This document shows positions 8,338 to 15,203 of a stretch of 40,802 nt of DNA, piece by piece. Source of the DNA: an uncultured Pseudomonadales bacterium (lineage in GTDB: Bacteria; Patescibacteriota; Microgenomatia; UBA1400; PJMF01); the NCBI GenBank assembly GCA_964652415.1, contig CAZZDG010000002.1, positions 1 through 40,802 on the forward strand. Reading direction: 5' to 3'. Each line of letters begins with the position of its first letter. The first letter of the stretch is position 1. A program made the translations under genes and the position numbers. The notes under the pieces were generated by a model, which worked only from the letters and a program-made list of their open reading frames with translations, did not search any database and was not told the DNA's origin.

Positions 8338-9501
8338 ATGGTTAATAAGTTGCGGTGGTTTTTAAGCAAAATTTTCATTCCATTTGGAATTACCAGGGTG
8401 TTATTGTTGTTTGTAGGTTTCGCTTCTCAATATTTTTTGCCTGTACATAGTGGCCAAAATGACGCTATTAGGGTAACTGGATTACAGTTTTCAGAGAATC
8501 GATTGATTGATATGTGGGCACGTTGGGATAGTGGCTGGTATCTATATATTATAAAAAACGGATACAGTAGTGGTGGGAGCTTTGAGATTCAAAGTAATTT
8601 GCCATTTTTTCCTGGATACCCTGTTTTAGTGAAGTTTTTTACTTTGTTTGTTCCTTCTAGTTTGTTGAATGATGGAGTTATTGTTTTGATAGGTATTCTG
8701 TTATCTAATGTTTTGTTGTTAGTTAGTTTGATATTTTTGTGCAAGATTGCACACAAACTCAGCGATTCTAAACGAGTTGCCGACTTAACGGTTTGGTTTA
8801 TTTTGGCTTTTCCAAGTAGTTTTTTCTTATCAAGTTTTTATACAGAATCTTTGTTTTTATGTTTGTCTGCAGTTGGGTATTGGGCTGCGCTAAAGAAAAA
8901 GTGGTGGCTGGCATGTATTATGGTGAGTTTAGTTGCCGTAACAAGAAACGTAGGATTATTTTTAGTGATTCCCGTGTTGTACGAGTACTTGAAAGCTAAA
9001 AACTTTTCTTTACAGAAGATTGATTTTTCCGTTTTGTGGTTTGGAGTTATTCCATTCGGATTGGGTGTTTTTTTTTGGTATTTATATACTTTGACTGGCG
9101 ATTTTTTGGCGGCAATTAAAGTGCAAGCAGCATGGGGTCGAGTTGCTGCTGATCCAGTGAGTTCTCTACTCTTTCCTACTAATTTTTGGTTGCATATAAC
9201 TCCAGTTGATCAATTTTTTGTAGTTAGTGTTTTGGTGTTCTGTTGGAGATTGTTTACTCAAAAGGTACTAAAAAATGGTAAGATTCTTGCCTTGTATTCT
9301 CTATTAATGTCTATTCCTACTCTTTTTACAGGAACTTTAGACTCTTTTACGAGATATATTTTGGTTGTTTTTCCCCTGTTTATATATTGGGCTAGCGTGA
9401 CTAAAGATAACAAGCGATTTGCTACGGGAGCGATTGTGGTGTTTTTAGTAGTTCAGCTGATTTATTTTGGGTTATTTTCCCAGTTTTATTGGGTTGGGTA
9501 G
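8338..9501 (+). CDS. Polytopic membrane glycosyltransferase, PIG-V/Mannosyl_trans2-like
   Basis: 387 aa, multi-TM. The segment WARWDSGWYLYIIKNGY...LPFFPGYP resembles the WD..wY..ia..GY...aFfPlyP signature of PIG-V-type mannosyltransferases. It is divergent from the 4982-8278 gene. Confidence 0.5.
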   Translation: MVNKLRWFLSKIFIPFGITRVLLLFVGFASQYFLPVHSGQNDAIRVTGLQFSENRLIDMWARWDSGWYLYIIKNGYSSGGSFEIQSNLPFFPGYPVLVKFFTLFVPSSLLNDGVIVLIGILLSNVLLLVSLIFLCKIAHKLSDSKRVADLTVWFILAFPSSFFLSSFYTESLFLCLSAVGYWAALKKKWWLACIMVSLVAVTRNVGLFLVIPVLYEYLKAKNFSLQKIDFSVLWFGVIPFGLGVFFWYLYTLTGDFLAAIKVQAAWGRVAADPVSSLLFPTNFWLHITPVDQFFVVSVLVFCWRLFTQKVLKNGKILALYSLLMSIPTLFTGTLDSFTRYILVVFPLFIYWASVTKDNKRFATGAIVVFLVVQLIYFGLFSQFYWVG

Positions 9502-9536
9502 TTTTTTTTTGATTAGTTAAAATAGTGTTTAAGACG

Positions 9537-9568
9537 CAAAAACGGCACTCTTTTGGAGTGCCGTTTTT
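9537..9568. terminator. Bidirectional intrinsic terminator
   Basis: 9-bp stem ACGGCACTC/GAGTGCCGT (9542-9550 / 9556-9564) with a 5-nt loop, flanked by an A5 run on the left and a T5 run on the right. It sits between convergent genes. Confidence 0.8.
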
Positions 9569-9619
9569 AACTAGATATACATGGATAAGGTGGAAGGGCT
9601 CGTGTCTTAGCCCAACCTT

Positions 9620-10753
9620 TTAGTGGGTGCCGTAGGCAACCACGTTGGTCCAGACCGTTTCCCACCCCGCATCGGCGGTGTGGAGCATGAGGGTTAAGCT
9701 CATGTCATTCAAGTCCAGCACCCATTGGTAGAAGCGGTCATTATCGCCGGGCCCGGAGCCGTTGTTGTTGCGCTCATGGGCGTTTTCGGCTTGAGCTGTG
9801 CTATATCCTTGCGAAAACCATTGAGCCATTGCAGGCTCCACCGTATATTCTGTCCAACTCGCGGCGCCAGGGGCGCCATAGTCGGAAATGATAACGGTGG
9901 TATTCAGGTCCTCGCCCGGCCGTTCAAGCCAGTTGCGGATAAGGAGGCCTTGCCCGCAATGGGCGCCGCAGGTCGGGATATTCAGCACGATGAAAGGGTT
10001 GCCAGCAGGGCCGATTTCTACGCGGCCAAAGTTGAGGGCATATGCATCACAGTAACTGCCCTCGGGGCAAAGCATAGAGAATTCTGAAGCGGCGTTATCG
10101 GGGCTTCCGTGCCAGATGCCACCCCAGACGGCAGAGCCGTTGGCTTGGGCTTCTTTGTAGTCGTCGGCCAACAGAACGCCTTCTGGTCCGTACACGTTGC
10201 AAGCGCCCGGCATATTGCAGCCGGTTGAAGCGCGTTTCCAAGTCTGCGAAACGCTTTTCCACGAATCCAAGGCGGTCTGGGTTTGATACCAGCCGCCATT
10301 GGGCGACAGCTCACTCGGCGCCCAGCCGGACATCGTGATCGGGCCGTCGAAACCGTCCAAATTCAGGGTGAATGTGGGGGTCAGGACAACCGTTTCGGTC
10401 GGTTCGGGGGCGGCCGTGGCTTCAGCCTTCGGACAAGACAAGTTAGTTTCGCCAACGGTCCAGACATCGCCAGAGCGCATGGAGTAGACGAGTTTTTTTT
10501 CTTTCGACTCGTATTGACCATTGCAGTCTGTCAAGCTGGTGTGGGTTAAAACCACCTCATCTTCCGAACATTCCACTTCGTAGTTACCCACCTGCGTGGT
10601 GCCAACTTCGACCACATAGCTCATGCTGTTGATTTTGCCTTTGCAGACGTAACCTTCAGCTGGAGCAGCGGGAGTGGGCGCAGTCGTCCCGCCGCAAGCG
10701 GCGAGCGCGAGGATCATGGCCAAGAGGCCAAAGCGTAAAAGCAACTTAATCAT
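9620..10753 (-). CDS. Cys-rich secreted lipoprotein of unknown family, encoded on a high-GC island
   Basis: I prefer ATG at 10753 (AAGGAG-N7-ATG) over the track's TTG at 10825. N-terminus MIKLLLRFGLLAMILALAAC|GG is a signal peptide plus lipobox. It has APTPAAPA and ATAAPEPTE linkers and 13 Cys in the mature part. I recognise no family motif. G+C is about 58-62% against about 28-42% in neighbouring genes. Confidence 0.75.
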   Translation of the reverse strand: MIKLLLRFGLLAMILALAACGGTTAPTPAAPAEGYVCKGKINSMSYVVEVGTTQVGNYEVECSEDEVVLTHTSLTDCNGQYESKEKKLVYSMRSGDVWTVGETNLSCPKAEATAAPEPTETVVLTPTFTLNLDGFDGPITMSGWAPSELSPNGGWYQTQTALDSWKSVSQTWKRASTGCNMPGACNVYGPEGVLLADDYKEAQANGSAVWGGIWHGSPDNAASEFSMLCPEGSYCDAYALNFGRVEIGPAGNPFIVLNIPTCGAHCGQGLLIRNWLERPGEDLNTTVIISDYGAPGAASWTEYTVEPAMAQWFSQGYSTAQAENAHERNNNGSGPGDNDRFYQWVLDLNDMSLTLMLHTADAGWETVWTNVVAYGTH

Positions 10754-10756
10754 CGG

Positions 10757-11161
10757 GAGTCTCCTTAAGATTTGTTTGTATGCACTTGGGGTTAAGCCCA
10801 AGTGCAAATTGAAATTGATTGACAATTAAACAGAGGCTGCCGAAAGACTGCCTCTGGAAAGTGGGTTAGTGAGATCTTCCAGGACACATCTGGTTGATCT
10901 CGCGCTATTGTTTTGTTTTACCAAAACAACACTGCGAGACCACCAAACGTGTCTTTTCTTATTTTTGTATATCTTTGTTAAAGAGCTGACTCTTTCGAAT
11001 ACACTTGTAAACAAGGATTCAAGCAAGTCTGCGTTTCCTGTAAAACAATTTTGATCGCTTAGAAATATGTAAATATATTTGTAGCAATTTTGAGTGTTTA
11101 ACAGGTGAATATTTATATGTCAGTCTTAATAAAGAAATATATACATTCATCTACCAAATAC
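10757..11161 (-). promoter_or_regulatory. About 400-nt ORF-poor, hairpin-rich transcript segment (long 5' leader of the lipoprotein gene, or an independent ncRNA)
   Basis: It lies downstream of the consensus promoter at 11168-11196. Hairpins are at 10896-10941 (8+8 bp; a G.U wobble forms only in minus-sense RNA), 10831-10856 (terminator-like) and 10781-10806 (perfect 10 bp). Only short, basic, SD-less ORFs are present. Confidence 0.4.
10831..10856 (-). terminator. Terminator/attenuator-like hairpin about 75 nt upstream of the lipoprotein ATG
   Basis: Minus-sense sequence is CAGAGGC-AGTCTTTCGGCA-GCCTCTG: a 7-bp GC-rich stem plus 3 inner pairs, followed by TTTAATT. The U-tract is imperfect. 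Confidence 0.4.
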
Positions 11162-11167
11162 ACACAT

Positions 11168-11196
11168 AGTATATCAAACTAATGTATACTTGTCAA
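11168..11196 (-). promoter_or_regulatory. Near-consensus sigma70-type promoter (TTGACA-17-TGaTATACT)
   Basis: On the minus strand, -35 TTGACA is at 11191-11196, the spacer is 17 nt, and the extended -10 TGA+TATACT is at 11168-11176. It lies 45 nt downstream of the sortase stop and points toward 10757. Confidence 0.6.
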
Positions 11197-11238
11197 GTAT
11201 TATAGGACGGAAACAGAATATGTCAAAATTTGTCGGTA

Positions 11239-11877
11239 TTATTGAGAGATGAGTTTCGCATACCTAAAAATTCGTATGTCCGACTCGAGGAATCTACACG
11301 TATACAAGATTAGATCTGCTGTGTAATGGGTAATCTCAGTACCATCTTCACTCTGGTAGATTTCATATATAAACCTTCTCTGGTCCCAGATAATCTCTAC
11401 TCTATCACCATTCTCTAGCTCAGGTAGATTAAAAAATGAGTTCTCTTCTCTAAATTGTTGGGTCCAGTTTAAATATCCAAATCTATGTGCAACTAAAATT
11501 ATTGGCGGACCCTCTTTTATTGGCACACCAAAATCAGGCACTCTCCAAACTCCTTGTTGTAATGCTGATTCATAATTTTCTTGAGGTGCTTCCAAAATTT
11601 GAGTTTCTACACCTATTTTTGGAATTCTAACAATTGTTTCTTTTGGAAGCGTGAGGTCTTGTTCTGGAAGTACAAACTCAGATTGGGGCTCTAGTACTTG
11701 AATTTCTGAGGTTGTGACAGGTTTAGCAAGTAGTTTGGCGAGAGCAGCACTGGTTTTGGGAAAAATTATATTCCAAACTAATGCAGCAACAGGATAGCTT
11801 ACCATCACAAAAGCAACGACGAAGCAAAGAAATGAGCTAATAAGTAATGTACGTGATATTTTCATTCTGGTGTTCAT
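11239..11877 (-). CDS. Sortase-family transpeptidase
   Basis: N-terminal TM anchor. Candidate catalytic triad: IILVAHR (His), DLILYTC (TLxTC-type Cys), IRIFRY (Arg). VRIPKIGV is a typical first strand. 212 aa. Confidence 0.75.
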   Translation of the reverse strand: MNTRMKISRTLLISSFLCFVVAFVMVSYPVAALVWNIIFPKTSAALAKLLAKPVTTSEIQVLEPQSEFVLPEQDLTLPKETIVRIPKIGVETQILEAPQENYESALQQGVWRVPDFGVPIKEGPPIILVAHRFGYLNWTQQFREENSFFNLPELENGDRVEIIWDQRRFIYEIYQSEDGTEITHYTADLILYTCRFLESDIRIFRYAKLISQ

Positions 11878-11885
11878 TATATTGC

Positions 11886-11925
11886 AAAAACTCCCGCTCA
11901 GATAGTATATCTGAAACGGGAGTTT
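11886..11925 (-). terminator. Intrinsic terminator/attenuator between the 77-aa gene and the sortase gene
   Basis: Two-tier hairpin AAACTCCCG..TCAGATA-gta-TATCTGA..CGGGAGTTT followed by a T5 run on the minus strand. The sortase ATG lies only 11 nt beyond the hairpin, so the sortase gene must be expressed by read-through. Confidence 0.7.
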
Positions 11926-11942
11926 AATTACATAAATTTAAT

Positions 11943-12176
11943 TTATTTTGTCTTTTTGAGTAAGATTGCAGTAGTAATCATACCGGTAAGGGCTGATCCA
12001 GCTAAAACAACCTGAGGGAGCACATCAGTAAGTCCAGCGTTAACTGGGGTATGAGTGGTTACTCCAAGCACGACATCAGAACCGTAGATGGCAGCGACTG
12101 GTGAATAACTTGCGCCAGCAAGGTATACAAGACCAAAAAGTCCTAATGTAGTTCCGATTTTTGTTATGTTTTTCAT
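11943..12176 (-). CDS. 77-aa secreted/membrane mini-protein, candidate sortase substrate
   Basis: N-terminal signal-like segment MKNITKIGTTLGLFGLVYLAGA. The C-terminus LPQVV-LAGSALTGMITTAILL-KKTK has the tripartite sorting-signal layout: motif, 16 hydrophobic residues, basic tail. AAGGAA SD, consensus promoter, own terminator, and the sortase gene immediately downstream. Confidence 0.6.
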   Translation of the reverse strand: MKNITKIGTTLGLFGLVYLAGASYSPVAAIYGSDVVLGVTTHTPVNAGLTDVLPQVVLAGSALTGMITTAILLKKTK

Positions 12177-12221
12177 AATTTATTCCTTATTACTTTACTT
12201 GTGTTTTTTAAACACGAGATT

Positions 12222-12250
12222 ATTATATCCTATAACTAACTTTTTGTCAA
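12222..12250 (-). promoter_or_regulatory. Perfect consensus sigma70-type promoter (TTGACA-17-TATAAT) for the 77-aa gene
   Basis: On the minus strand, -35 is at 12245-12250 and -10 at 12222-12227, with an exact 17-nt spacer. The spacer contains TTATAGGATA. Confidence 0.75.
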
Positions 12251-12301
12251 CTATAATATATCAAATGATAACAATTATAAATTTCACAGTAAAATAAAAA
12301 T

Positions 12302-12329
12302 TTGTGCTTCCAGAAAAATCAGGTATACT
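12302..12329 (+). promoter_or_regulatory. Candidate promoter for the PBP gene (TTGTGC-16-TATACT)
   Basis: Hexamers are at 12302-12307 and 12324-12329. Confidence 0.4.
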
Positions 12330-12383
12330 TGGAGATATTATTAAAGTGTCGTACCCCGGAGTGCTATACCAGAGGATACACAA

Positions 12384-15182
12384 GTGAAAATAAATATTAC
12401 AAAATTCAAGCAAAAAAGCTCAGAAATTGTTGCGCAACTATTAGAAACTGCTCAAGAACAAATTGGGGTCAAATTTCCCAAAATAAGGAATATCATGCCA
12501 AAATCTTCACGTAGTCGTAGGTTTAGAGCTAATTCAGGGTCAATTTTTGCTCCACAAAATCGCCAACTACTTTATGCTAAACTGTTGAGATTTTTTGCTT
12601 TTGGAAGTTTGGCTGCTGTTATAGGTGGAGTTATACTCTTTTTTGTGATGTTTGCTTGGTTCTCAAGAAGTTTGCCAAAACCGGGTGAAGTTGTGCGGCG
12701 TGAAGGTTTTAGCACTCAAATCTTAGATAGAAATGGCAACTTGTTATACGATCTCTTCAATGATGAAAGAAGAACTCCTGTAACGATTGCTCAAATTCCA
12801 GTTGATTTGCAACATGCAGTCGTTGCAACAGAAGACAAAGATTTTTATACACATCGGGGTTTTGATTTTTTAACTATCTTGAGAATTCCATATAATATTC
12901 TATTTAAACAGCGTGTTGTTGGTGGTTCTACTCTTACCCAACAGTTGGTAAAAAATGCTCTGCTTACTAATGAAAGAAGTATTACTAGAAAATTTAAAGA
13001 GCTGGTTTTATCTCTGCAAATTGAGAGAAAATTTACAAAAGATCAGATTTTAGAAATGTATCTTAACGAAGCTCCATATGGCGGAACTGCCTGGGGTGTT
13101 GGTACAGCAAGTGAAGTGTATTTCAACAAACCTGTGAACGAGTTGAACTTAGTTCAGTCAGCAATTCTGGCTGGATTACCTCAACGCCCATCTGCATATT
13201 CTCCATATGCAGGTAAAACTGACGAAGACGGTGTTCCACTTTGGAGAGTCCGTACCATGGGAGTGCTCCGTCGTATGCGTGAAGATGAGTATATTACAGA
13301 AGCTGCATACCAACAGGCCTTGGGTGACTTAGATTCTGTGGTTTTTGAAAAATCAGCAATTGATATAAAAGCACCACATTTTGTATTTTATGTCCGTGAT
13401 CTGCTTACGCAGATGTATGGCGAAGAAGCCGTTGATGCTGGTGGTTTTAAAGTGACTACAACCCTGAATGTTGATTTGCAAGAAAAAGCACAGGAAGTTG
13501 TTGCCAACGAAATTGCAAAGGTTGAAAAACTCAATATAACTAATGGTGCCGCACTCGTAATGGATCCAAGAAATGGTGAAATATTAAGTATGGTTGGGAG
13601 TCGTGATTATCATAGCTCTTCTATTAGTGGGCAGTTTAATGTTGTTGTTGATGGACTCAGACAACCTGGTTCTTCAATCAAACCAGTTACCTATTTGGCA
13701 ATGTTGCAACGTGGCTATACACCTGCGAGCATGTTGATGGATGTTGAAACAGTTTTTGCTCCACACGAAAATGCTAAAGAATACAATCCTAAAAACTATG
13801 ATGGCAAGTTTAGAGGTCCGGTTAACTTAAGAAATAGTTTGGGTAGTTCTTTAAATATTCCTGCCGTTAAGTCACTTGCAATAGTTGGTGTGCAGGACTT
13901 CTTAAGCCTTGCGTACGACATGGGTTTTGTAACTCTAGAGCCAACAAAAGAAAATATGAGCAGGTTTGGTTTGGCAGTTACTCTTGGTGGTGCTGAAATT
14001 CATATGATCGATACTGTTACTGCCTACTCTTCTTTTGCAAATTATGGCCAAAAAGTTGAGCCAGTTGCCATTCTTAAAATTGAGGATACAAAAGGTAACG
14101 TTATTTTTGAGCACAGACCAGTGCAAGGACGTAAGGTTATTGAGGAAGAAGAAGCATTTTTAATTAATCATATTCTTTCTGATAACAATGCGCGTGCGAT
14201 TGCGTTTGGCACGGGTTCGCTCCTAAATGTCAGTCCAAATGTTGCGGTTAAAACTGGTACTACTAATGATCAAAAAGATAACTGGGCAATTGGTTGGAGT
14301 AGTGAGCTAATTGTTGGAGCTTGGGTAGGAAATAATGACAATACTTCAATGAAAAGCGTTGCCTCCGGTGTTTCTGGTGCTACTCCAATATGGCGTAATA
14401 TTATTGTAGAAGCGCTTAAAATTGATGGGTACAAAGCTCCTGAATGGAGAGTTCCAGATGGTGTTGAACAGGTAACTGTAGATAAAATATCTGGATATCC
14501 TGAACATGATGGTTTTGAAACTCGTTCTGAGTATGTGATTAAGGGTACGCTTCCAAGTTTGCCAGATCCAATTCACTCCAAATTAAAACTTTGTAGAGGT
14601 GAAAATAAGTTAGCCCCAAATGCGCGTATTGCTGGTGGCGACTATGATGAAAAAGAGTTTTTGATTTTCAAAGAAGAAGATCCATTTAGTACTGATGGAG
14701 TAAATAGATGGCAGACTGCTATTGATGCTTGGATCGCATCTCAAGGTGATGAAAGATATCGCCCACCAACTGAATACTGTGGTGACCAAGGAGAGATTTA
14801 TATTTCGATAAAAGATCCAGGTGATCATTCAAACTTTGATGGAACTAATATCAAGATTAAAGTTGAGGCAGAAGCACCTGATGGGATTGAGTATTTAGAG
14901 TTGTATATCAATAGTGATTCTCCTATTAGAGTAAATGATAGAAAAATTGATGATAACTTTACCCTACCAAAAGGAAAATATGTGATTCGTGCAAAAGCTC
15001 ATACAAAGGGCGGCAAAGATAAAGAGACAGGCAGCATTCGTATTGGTACTGGTGGTACAAAATGGGATGAGCCAGATCCAACTCCTACCCCTACCCCATC
15101 TCCAATACCGACTCCGACAGTGACACCCACTCCAACCCCAACGGCAACACCGATTCCTACACCACCAGGAAAATCGAATTAG
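12384..15182 (+). CDS. Class A penicillin-binding protein (glycosyltransferase + transpeptidase) with a C-terminal Ig-like domain and Pro/Thr tail
   Basis: GT51 motifs ATEDKDFYTHRGFD and GGSTLTQQLVKN. Transpeptidase motifs SSIKP (SxxK) and KTGTT. The C-terminus ends in a PTPTPTPSPIPTPTVTPTPTPTATPIPTPP tail. The start is ambiguous: GTG at 12384 (GAGGA SD) or ATG at 12495 (AAGGAA SD). Confidence 0.9.
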   Translation: MKINITKFKQKSSEIVAQLLETAQEQIGVKFPKIRNIMPKSSRSRRFRANSGSIFAPQNRQLLYAKLLRFFAFGSLAAVIGGVILFFVMFAWFSRSLPKPGEVVRREGFSTQILDRNGNLLYDLFNDERRTPVTIAQIPVDLQHAVVATEDKDFYTHRGFDFLTILRIPYNILFKQRVVGGSTLTQQLVKNALLTNERSITRKFKELVLSLQIERKFTKDQILEMYLNEAPYGGTAWGVGTASEVYFNKPVNELNLVQSAILAGLPQRPSAYSPYAGKTDEDGVPLWRVRTMGVLRRMREDEYITEAAYQQALGDLDSVVFEKSAIDIKAPHFVFYVRDLLTQMYGEEAVDAGGFKVTTTLNVDLQEKAQEVVANEIAKVEKLNITNGAALVMDPRNGEILSMVGSRDYHSSSISGQFNVVVDGLRQPGSSIKPVTYLAMLQRGYTPASMLMDVETVFAPHENAKEYNPKNYDGKFRGPVNLRNSLGSSLNIPAVKSLAIVGVQDFLSLAYDMGFVTLEPTKENMSRFGLAVTLGGAEIHMIDTVTAYSSFANYGQKVEPVAILKIEDTKGNVIFEHRPVQGRKVIEEEEAFLINHILSDNNARAIAFGTGSLLNVSPNVAVKTGTTNDQKDNWAIGWSSELIVGAWVGNNDNTSMKSVASGVSGATPIWRNIIVEALKIDGYKAPEWRVPDGVEQVTVDKISGYPEHDGFETRSEYVIKGTLPSLPDPIHSKLKLCRGENKLAPNARIAGGDYDEKEFLIFKEEDPFSTDGVNRWQTAIDAWIASQGDERYRPPTEYCGDQGEIYISIKDPGDHSNFDGTNIKIKVEAEAPDGIEYLELYINSDSPIRVNDRKIDDNFTLPKGKYVIRAKAHTKGGKDKETGSIRIGTGGTKWDEPDPTPTPTPSPIPTPTVTPTPTPTATPIPTPPGKSN

Positions 15183-15203
15183 CCGTTGTCTAAGTTATCC
15201 AAA

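Noticed and set aside
9725-10549. A cluster of 60-120-aa ORFs in alternative frames on both strands (9725-10087, 10018-10314, 10283-10549, 10299-10487).
   Set aside because: They sit inside the high-GC lipoprotein gene. Stop-poor alternative frames are expected at about 60% G+C, and none has start signals.
10932-10950. Minus-sense UUUGGUGGUCUCGCAG resembles the T-box motif GGGUGGUACCGCG.
   Set aside because: Only about 9 of 11 core positions match. The segment is fully consumed by a simple hairpin (GGUCUCGC/GCGAGAUC), not a bulged antiterminator. I found no Stem I, specifier loop or AGAGA elements, and the downstream gene is not an aminoacyl-tRNA synthetase, amino-acid biosynthesis or transport gene.
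9601-10955. An 8-nt direct repeat CGTGTCTT at 9601-9608 and 10948-10955, bracketing the high-GC island (a possible target-site duplication).
   Set aside because: An 8-mer match between two junction zones of about 100 nt is plausible by chance (my rough estimate is 10-15%). No transposase or terminal inverted repeats accompany it. I keep it only as a note for whoever examines the junctions.
10754-11054. The N-terminal extension of the lipoprotein ORF to TTG 10825, and ORFs 10826-11026 (-) and 10869-11054 (+).
   Set aside because: The extension runs through a perfect 10-bp hairpin and the AAGGAG SD that serves ATG 10753. The other two ORFs lack an SD, use TTG or weak starts, and encode basic low-complexity sequence. 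I treat the whole region as noncoding leader or ncRNA.
15060-15182. A repetitive CCNACN stretch at the 3' end of the PBP gene.
   Set aside because: It encodes a Pro/Thr-rich linker or tail in frame. It is a low-complexity coding repeat, not an independent DNA repeat element.
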